Part shown: in pieces, positions 57,855-64,000 of the stretch
How positions within the stretch are numbered: position 1 is the stretch's first letter
Layout of the letters: each line of letters begins with the position of its first letter
Virus record (IMG/VR): IMGVR_UViG_2684623024_000001
Location: 4,207-68,206 of that record
Length of the DNA: 64,000 bases
Origin: a virus
Lineage: Duplodnaviria > Caudoviricetes
Direction: 5' to 3' (one strand)
The notes under the pieces: model-generated
Database searches by the model: none
What the model was told of the DNA's origin: nothing
Seen by the model: the letters and a program-made list of their open reading frames with translations, nothing else
Translations under genes and position numbers: made by a program

Positions 57855-58991
57855 TCAGGCCGCGATGGCGACCGGCTCGGCCTCGGCGTCCCCCGCCTCC
57901 GGTTCCGGGGCGCTCTCCTGCTCCGTGTCGTCAGCCGCCTCGGCCTGCGGGACGGTGGACCCCGCCTCCGCGTCCGTCTCCGAAGTAGCGTCGGCGGTCG
58001 GCTCGGCGGCGGGCTCCAGGCTGGCGAGCGCGGCGTCGGCCTCCGCGACCAGGTCGGGGGCAGCCGCCGCGGGGTTGACCATGATCTCGCTGGCGTCGGC
58101 GTGCGCCTTCGCCTGGCGGAGCTGGAAGCGGGCCTTCTGGACGAAGTTGGCGACGCGGTCCATCTGTTCCAGCCGCTTGCCGACCTGGCCCTCCAGGGTG
58201 CGGGCCAGATCCATCGGGTCGGCCTTGCCGATGGCGTCCAGCAGCTCGCACATCCGCTCGATCTCGTCCAGGTCGCTCTTGGTCTTGGCCTGTGCTCGGC
58301 TGCGCTGGGCCTTCTCCTCGGGGGTCATCTCCTCGATGTCGACCATGGAGTCCTGCTTGGCCGCCTTCTCCTGCTTGCGCATGGCGTAGGCGATGTGGAC
58401 GAGCTGGTTGTCGCTCTTGTCGCCCTTCTTCCAGTCCTCGAAGACCGCCTTCTGGTTGTCGCGCGACAGGGCGGCGATCTGCACGGCTGCCTGGGTGCCG
58501 ATGTGCCCAAGGTCGACGGCCGTCTGGATCTCGGGGCGCAGGGCGAGCAGGGCGAGGCGCTGGTTGACGTACTGGACCGACTTGGAGAAGGACTTCGCGA
58601 CGGTCTCCGGGGTGGCGCCCTCCTCGCCATCGAGGACCTTCTTGAAACCACGCGCCTCCTCCAGCGGCAGCATGTCCTCACGGTTCAGGTTCTCGGCCAT
58701 CGCCTTCTTGAAGGACTCCATGTCGCTGATCTCGGCGTCACCCTCGGCCAGCAGGATCTTCGCCTCGATGGTGATGTTGCCCGCCTGCTCGTTGGCGCGG
58801 AAGCGGCGCTCGCCGGCGACCAGCTCATACCCGCCCGCCTCGACCTTACGGACCACAATCGGCTGGAGGAGGCCGTGCTCCTTAATGGAGGCGGTCAGCT
58901 CGTTCAGCGCCTCCTCGTCGAAGGTTTCGCGCGGCTGGTTCGGGTTGCGGCGGATCTGGCGCATCTTCAGGCTGGCGTATTTGTGCGGCAT
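57855..58991 (-). CDS. ParB/RepB/Spo0J family protein
   Basis: NPNQPR..F, GLLQPIVVR, LVAGERRFRA, ENLNREDM, HTH. Confidence 0.92.
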   Translation of the reverse strand: MPHKYASLKMRQIRRNPNQPRETFDEEALNELTASIKEHGLLQPIVVRKVEAGGYELVAGERRFRANEQAGNITIEAKILLAEGDAEISDMESFKKAMAENLNREDMLPLEEARGFKKVLDGEEGATPETVAKSFSKSVQYVNQRLALLALRPEIQTAVDLGHIGTQAAVQIAALSRDNQKAVFEDWKKGDKSDNQLVHIAYAMRKQEKAAKQDSMVDIEEMTPEEKAQRSRAQAKTKSDLDEIERMCELLDAIGKADPMDLARTLEGQVGKRLEQMDRVANFVQKARFQLRQAKAHADASEIMVNPAAAAPDLVAEADAALASLEPAAEPTADATSETDAEAGSTVPQAEAADDTEQESAPEPEAGDAEAEPVAIAA

Positions 58992-59041
58992 TTCGGGCTC
59001 CAAGAGGTCAGTGGGGGCTTCTCCTCTCCCCCTCCTTCTGG

Positions 59042-59074
59042 TTCTATTCTATATGCATTCCGAGAGGGGGTCCA
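59042..59074 (-). promoter_or_regulatory. Repeated phage promoter/operator (TGGACC-17-TAGAAT)
   Basis: Copy of the 16-mer upstream of parB. Confidence 0.75.
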
Positions 59075-59110
59075 CAATTTTTCGAGAAGTTTCCGCAGGT
59101 CAAACACCTA

Positions 59111-59138
59111 GGTGCGGACCCCGACAGGGGTCCGCACC
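59111..59138. terminator. Perfect stem-loop
   Basis: GGTGCGGACCCC-GACA-GGGGTCCGCACC. Confidence 0.65.
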
Positions 59139-59528
59139 CAATGAACCTTCATCAGTCAGCCCGCAGTAACCAGACCGGCCGCACTGCACCGCTTGACTCC
59201 GCACTCAACCCGCCCGGGGTCGACCACCGATAGGGCGCCGAGCACTTCGTGTGCCACTTCCCCATCGAGATGGACATTCGGCACGCCCCCAGATTCCTCC
59301 AACCGGGCCAGCACACGCTCCAGCTCGATTCCCACCCCGATCCTCCCCGTGTTCCAGCACCCCACTAGCAAGAGGGCGCCGCTTAGATCCCCACACAGAC
59401 GAGTTCGAGGCACACATGGGCGGCCTGGGGGTGCCGGTCACAATCTCGCAGCCTGGAAGGCGATGAGGGATGACGACCACATGTAAGTGCTTGATCTACG
59501 TCTGCCGTGATCCTGCTTGCAGGTACTC

Positions 59529-59554
59529 CTAATGTCAACCAACCTAGACATTAG
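59529..59554. promoter_or_regulatory. Inverted repeat, candidate operator
   Basis: CTAATGTC-N10-GACATTAG upstream of the XRE gene. Confidence 0.45.
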
Positions 59555-59658
59555 ACTGCCTTGCGAGTCACCGTCGCCGCGAAGCACATCGAAAATGCGC
59601 CAATTCTCGACACCGGCCCCGGCCGGCCCTGCCACCCCACCGAGGAGTAGCCAGCACC

Positions 59659-60186
59659 ATGCCGCTTGGCCCGGACACCCCTCTATCCAGCAAGCTCGCC
59701 GTATTGCTTGGCAGGAAGCGCGGGGCAGACGGGAAAACCCCAAGCACACGCGTCATCGCTGCCGCCACCGCCGAGACTCCTGGCGGGAAGCCGGCGATGA
59801 CCCACCAAGTCGTCAACGACCTGCTGAACGGGGTCAAGTCCAATCCGTCGACCTCTCAACTCATGGGCCTCGCACGCGCGCTTGAGTGTCCGGCGGCCTA
59901 CTTGCTTCCCGGCTACAACGGTTTGACCTCACTATCGGTCTACGAGGAGCACCAAGACGCCCGCGAGGCGCTTCGACTCGTCCATGACCTGGGCGAAGCT
60001 GGAGCTGCCGAACTCCTGGAGGCGGCACGTGAGATCCGGCTGCGACACGGCGGCAGCGACCTCACAGTCCCAGAGGTTCCCGATCCGCCACCGCCTGCCG
60101 CAGAACCCCCGCGGCCAGGGCGGCGGAGGCGACTCAGCTTCACCGAAGCAGCCGAGCGGGCCGTCTCTGATCTGGAAGGAAATTGA
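59659..60186 (+). CDS. XRE-like HTH regulator
   Basis: HQVVNDLLNGVKSNPS...LARALECPAAYL; GAGGAG RBS. Confidence 0.75.
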   Translation: MPLGPDTPLSSKLAVLLGRKRGADGKTPSTRVIAAATAETPGGKPAMTHQVVNDLLNGVKSNPSTSQLMGLARALECPAAYLLPGYNGLTSLSVYEEHQDAREALRLVHDLGEAGAAELLEAAREIRLRHGGSDLTVPEVPDPPPPAAEPPRPGRRRRLSFTEAAERAVSDLEGN

Positions 60187-60190
60187 ACAC

Positions 60191-60967
60191 ATGGACGGCA
60201 TCGTCTTCGGCTTGTGCGCCCTGGTTTGCATAGCTGGCATCGCGCTCTCCGGCCGGGAAGCCTGGCGACAGCGCGCCCGCAAGGAGTACCGCGTCGCCCG
60301 TTTCGCGCGCACAGTGGCCTTTGGTGTCTGCGGTGTGGGCGTCCTCCTCGCCGTGCCCGAGGTCGAAAGCCTCGTCGAGTCCATGACCGGTATGAACAAC
60401 GCGGCCAAGCTCGGGGCTCACATCTGCGCCGTCCTGTGGTGCGGCAGCCTCCAGCTCATGCTCGTGGACTGGTCGTACAACCAGGACGTCCTCAAGGCCA
60501 GTCTCTACGCGCGCATCGCCTTCGGCATGTGCGTCCTTACGGCGATGCTGCCGCTGTTCATCGAGACGACTGGGGACAGCATCGAATTCACGACCGAATA
60601 CGCCGCAGCTCCGGGCGTCACCGTGTACCTCATGGTCTACCTGGGCTACGTGGCGGTCACCTGCGGCGAGATCGCATTTCTCTGCTCCGGGATGGCCCTG
60701 TCCGCCCGCCGGAGCGGCCACAGCTGGACGGCCAGCGGGCTGGCTGTGTCGGCGACGGCAGCATTGCTTGGTGTCGCTTACGCCGCCAGCAAGGGGTCGT
60801 ACCTGGTGATGCACTACCTGGGCCACCCCTGGCCGCTGCGCTACGAAGAGATCATCTCGCCGCTGCTGGCCGGTCTGGCCGTAATCGCGCTCATCACGGG
60901 CCTGACTATGGCCATGGTCGGTCGGCGGGTCGCGGCCCGGAAGTTGGTCGGATCAACCGCTGTCTGA
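60191..60967 (+). CDS. MAB_1171c-like multi-pass membrane protein
   Basis: About 7 TM segments, NNAAKLGAH, YLGY; follows XRE. Confidence 0.7.
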   Translation: MDGIVFGLCALVCIAGIALSGREAWRQRARKEYRVARFARTVAFGVCGVGVLLAVPEVESLVESMTGMNNAAKLGAHICAVLWCGSLQLMLVDWSYNQDVLKASLYARIAFGMCVLTAMLPLFIETTGDSIEFTTEYAAAPGVTVYLMVYLGYVAVTCGEIAFLCSGMALSARRSGHSWTASGLAVSATAALLGVAYAASKGSYLVMHYLGHPWPLRYEEIISPLLAGLAVIALITGLTMAMVGRRVAARKLVGSTAV

Positions 60968-61915
60968 CGCACGGGACGGCTTGCGCCAGTGGAGGACGAC
61001 TCGGCCTGGCTCGACGGTGCGTACGCCGCGGGCACTCGCAGGGAAAACCTCCACCTTCTCCAACAGCAGCCTCGTGATGGCCCTCTTTGATGAATGCGGC
61101 GCCGTGTTCCACCACCTGACGAGGTCTTTGGCACTGCCCAGCGAGAAGTTCGCCATCTGCTCTGCGTATCGAATTCGCGAGCGAATGTCCTTCAGGTTTG
61201 CGGTGATCGCACCGTCGGCCGTTACGAACGCATCGCTGCTGATCTGGCGCTTGCCATAGAGGGTGGCCGCGTCCGTCCGACGCCCCTCTAGGTCCTTCGC
61301 CTCTGTCTCCAGCTTCTTGACCTGCGCTCGCACGGCTGCTTGGGCAGTGCGGATCTGGTCCCGGATGCCGGGCTTGAGGAGTTCTGCCACGACGTACTCA
61401 CCGACGTAGTTCTCCAACAGCTCGGCATTTATGCGAACCTCGCCGCAACCTCCCCGCCCCTGCTTGTCCTTCGGACGGCAGCGGTAGCCCGGCGTACCCG
61501 CGTTCGTACGAGAGCCCTGCATAGCCTTCGTACACTTACCGCACTGGCTGTCGCCGTCCACCAGTAGATAATCGTGCGGCGCGTCTGGATCCGCAGTCTT
61601 CCGGCCCTTGTCCCGCTCCTGGAGAGCCTCGAACTCCTCGCGTGTGATGGCGCCAGGGTGGCCGGCGTCGACGAGCTCACCGTTCTCGTCGTAGCGCAGA
61701 CCGGCGATGGCCGGGTTACGGAAGAGGCGTCCAACAGAGGCGTCCTTCCACTCCCCGCCCAGCGTTCCCCGGTAGCCCTCGCCGTTCGCCCACAAGGCAA
61801 CGTCCGCGTTCGATTGTCCAGCCAGCGCCCGGCTCACCATTTGCCGAAGCGGATCCACTTCGTCATCACGCAGTCGCTGACGCGACTGGTCGTCGAACCC
61901 GTAGAGCCGTGGCAT
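60953..61915 (-). CDS. Large-serine-recombinase recombinase + zinc-ribbon + coiled-coil domains lacking the catalytic domain
   Basis: YGF..., LFRNPAIAG, HPGAIT.EEF, CGKC...YRC...C; no YxRxS motif. Confidence 0.8.
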   Translation of the reverse strand: MPRLYGFDDQSRQRLRDDEVDPLRQMVSRALAGQSNADVALWANGEGYRGTLGGEWKDASVGRLFRNPAIAGLRYDENGELVDAGHPGAITREEFEALQERDKGRKTADPDAPHDYLLVDGDSQCGKCTKAMQGSRTNAGTPGYRCRPKDKQGRGGCGEVRINAELLENYVGEYVVAELLKPGIRDQIRTAQAAVRAQVKKLETEAKDLEGRRTDAATLYGKRQISSDAFVTADGAITANLKDIRSRIRYAEQMANFSLGSAKDLVRWWNTAPHSSKRAITRLLLEKVEVFPASARGVRTVEPGRVVLHWRKPSRASDSG

Positions 61916-62027
61916 GCGGTCGTCCGTTCTTGTCTCGTGCTCCGTAGCCGCCCGATCCTAGGCCACAGCCCTGTTGCCAGGCTGCGGCCCCTTGAGGAGA
62001 TCGGGTACGCCAAGGACTACGGAATGA

Positions 62028-62279
62028 TCACTGCGCCGGTGGGGCTACCCCGAGCACTCGCCAAAGCGCAGCTGTAGGGACCTTCACCGTGCTCCCCAGC
62101 GTGAGGGTCTGCACGGGAAAAGACCCCGTCTTGATCAAGCCGTAAGCCTTGTGCACACCGATCCCCAGCGCCCGCGCAGCCGTCGTGACGTTCACGGTCG
62201 GCGGCAGTGCGAGCAGTTCATCCAGAGTCATCGCGCCGGCCCTGGTGTCCGTAGCCGCTGAAGCGTCCTTCGTTGTCAT
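62028..62279 (-). CDS. xis: Excisionase-like HTH protein
   Basis: LPPTVNVTTAARALGIG...AY...FP...KVPTA; divergent from integrase. Confidence 0.8.
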   Translation of the reverse strand: MTTKDASAATDTRAGAMTLDELLALPPTVNVTTAARALGIGVHKAYGLIKTGSFPVQTLTLGSTVKVPTAALWRVLGVAPPAQ

Positions 62280-62416
62280 TCCCGTTGTCGCGTTCTCCCC
62301 CGCGCCAACGTGCCATAAGGATACGCCAACACTGGAGTGTTGGGGCAATATGGAGCACCGGTTCGACAAGGACCGTCACAGAAGATCCACAACCGAAGGC
62401 CACGAAGGGGATATAC

Positions 62417-64000
62417 GTGTTCAACCCCAGCTACAAGCGGCAGTGTGCGTGCCGGGAGCCCGCGATCGGAGACGACGGCACCCCGATACTCAACGACGAC
62501 GGCACCCCTAAGCGGCGCCTGGTCGGTGCAAGCTGCCCCAAGCTCAAGCAGAAGGGCCACGGCCGCTGGTACTTCTACTTCGAGCTCGAAGCAGGTGAGG
62601 GCGGAAGTCGGCAGCGCGTACGGCGAGGCGGCTTCCTGACGAAGGAGGCGGCGCAGACCAAGGCTGCCGAGGTCTACCGGGACGCCGTCAACGGCGCGGA
62701 CGTGCTCAGCAACGCCACCGTCAAGGAGGACCTGGACGCCTGGCTCAAAAGGAAGCGGAGCCTGGCGCGCACGACCTTCCACGGGTACGAGGAGCACGTC
62801 CGGCTCTACCTCGAACCCCACCTTGGGCACGTCAAGCGGCGGGACCTCAAGCTGCGGCACGTCGAGGCGATGTATGACGCGATCGAGCGGGAGAACGCCG
62901 AGCGGCTGATCCACCACGGCCGGATAGTCGAGTTGGAGGAAGCTCGCGACGCCGCCTACACGGCATGGGTCCGCGCCGCCGGAAACAAGGAGGAGCGTCG
63001 CACCACGCGCCGCGCCTACCTCGATGCAAACGCCGCGCTCCGCGAAGGCCGCAAGGGCAAGCGGAAGATCACCAGCGCCGCCACGATGCATCGCATCAAC
63101 GCCACCCTCAGCTCGTTCCTGGGCAGCGGTATCAAGCGTGGCGACTACATGACCAACTGGGCTGCGATGGTCGAGCTGCCGCCGATCAAGCGCCCCAAGG
63201 CGCTGGTCTGGACCCTGGAGCGGGTCGCGGAGTGGAAGCGCACAGGCGTCAAACCCAGTCCCGTCATGGTCTGGACCCCTGAGCAGACCGGCGAGTTCCT
63301 GGACTTCATCGCCGACGACAGACTGTGCGGCATGTGGCACGGCTTCATCTTCCGAGGCCCCCGCCGCGGTGAGATGTGCGCGCTGCCGTGGAGCGAGGTC
63401 AGCCTGAACAGCTCCTGGTTCCGCATCTCCGCCCAGATCGTCGAGATCGCCTACAGGATGTACGACGAGGCCCCGAAGCAGGACAGCGTACGCACCGTCA
63501 CGCTCGACGCTCTGACACGCGCTCTGTGGGCCGCATGGCGAGAGACCCAGAAACGGGAGCGTCAGCAGTGGTCCGGGGAGAAGGCGTGGGTTGAGAGCAA
63601 CCGGGTCTGGACCCACGAGAACGGCGAGCCGCTCCATCCCGACTGGATCAGCCGGCGGTTCAATCGGCTGGTCGAACTGTCTGGGCTTCCTCCGATCCGC
63701 CTGCACGACACCCGGCATCTGTCGGCAACGCTGGCGCTGCTCGGCAAGGCGGACATCAAGGTGGTCCAAGAACGGCTGGGGCACAGCTCCCGCCAGATCA
63801 CCTCGGACACCTACACGAGCGTCCTGCCTCAGCTACTGACCGCCGAGGCGGAATCCACGAGCGCGGTCGTACCCCGTTCGAAGAAGGCCGGTCCCCAGCG
63901 AGACAAGGCGACGCGACCGGACGAGCAGGATGAGGCACCCGAGACGGGCGCGGACGATGACGGCGATGAGCCGGACGAGGGACTTTGTCCCGCCGCGTGA
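62417..64000 (+). CDS. int: Tyrosine integrase
   Basis: GPRRGE, RLHDTRH, LGHSS, DTY catalytic residues; RRGGF arm domain. Confidence 0.95.
   Translation: MFNPSYKRQCACREPAIGDDGTPILNDDGTPKRRLVGASCPKLKQKGHGRWYFYFELEAGEGGSRQRVRRGGFLTKEAAQTKAAEVYRDAVNGADVLSNATVKEDLDAWLKRKRSLARTTFHGYEEHVRLYLEPHLGHVKRRDLKLRHVEAMYDAIERENAERLIHHGRIVELEEARDAAYTAWVRAAGNKEERRTTRRAYLDANAALREGRKGKRKITSAATMHRINATLSSFLGSGIKRGDYMTNWAAMVELPPIKRPKALVWTLERVAEWKRTGVKPSPVMVWTPEQTGEFLDFIADDRLCGMWHGFIFRGPRRGEMCALPWSEVSLNSSWFRISAQIVEIAYRMYDEAPKQDSVRTVTLDALTRALWAAWRETQKRERQQWSGEKAWVESNRVWTHENGEPLHPDWISRRFNRLVELSGLPPIRLHDTRHLSATLALLGKADIKVVQERLGHSSRQITSDTYTSVLPQLLTAEAESTSAVVPRSKKAGPQRDKATRPDEQDEAPETGADDDGDEPDEGLCPAA

Larger units (their letters stand above)
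1..64000. mobile_element. Temperate siphovirus prophage (actinophage), near complete
   Basis: Ordered integrase/Xis, terminase, portal, scaffold, capsid, head-tail, tail tube, chaperones, tape measure, Dit, tail tip, endolysin/holin and replication genes; att sites not identified. Confidence 0.95.

Noticed and set aside
1-64000. attL/attR direct repeats and tRNA genes
   Set aside because: No convincing repeat pair or cloverleaf seen by eye; the integrase ends at the window edge, so att sites likely lie outside

Overview
High-GC actinobacterial (Streptomyces-like) DNA that reads as an almost complete temperate siphovirus prophage, mostly on the minus strand. From right to left: tyrosine integrase and Xis, a serine-recombinase DNA-binding fragment, an XRE/MAB_1171c-like pair, ParB and methyltransferase genes, terminase, portal, capsid, head-tail and tail genes, lysis genes, and an early replication/recombination block (Sak4-like ATPase, exonuclease, initiator with iterons, Dcm, WhiB-like, HU, RusA). 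The main surprise is a ~13.5-kb cargo island inserted between head and neck genes (~27.1-40.65 kb). It carries a class I FxLD lanthipeptide cluster (two precursors, one absent from the ORF track; LanB, LanC, a glutamyl-lyase/PIMT fusion, a conserved hypothetical; no transporter or protease), preceded by two tandem EEP nuclease-fold genes and an XRE/DUF397 pair. Other candidate defence or modification morons are an SRA-PD-(D/E)XK nuclease, a HEPN-like protein, a lipoprotein and a ParB/SAM-methyltransferase operon. Several repeated phage-specific regulatory motifs are visible directly in the sequence. All functional calls come from motif recognition and synteny; no database search was run.
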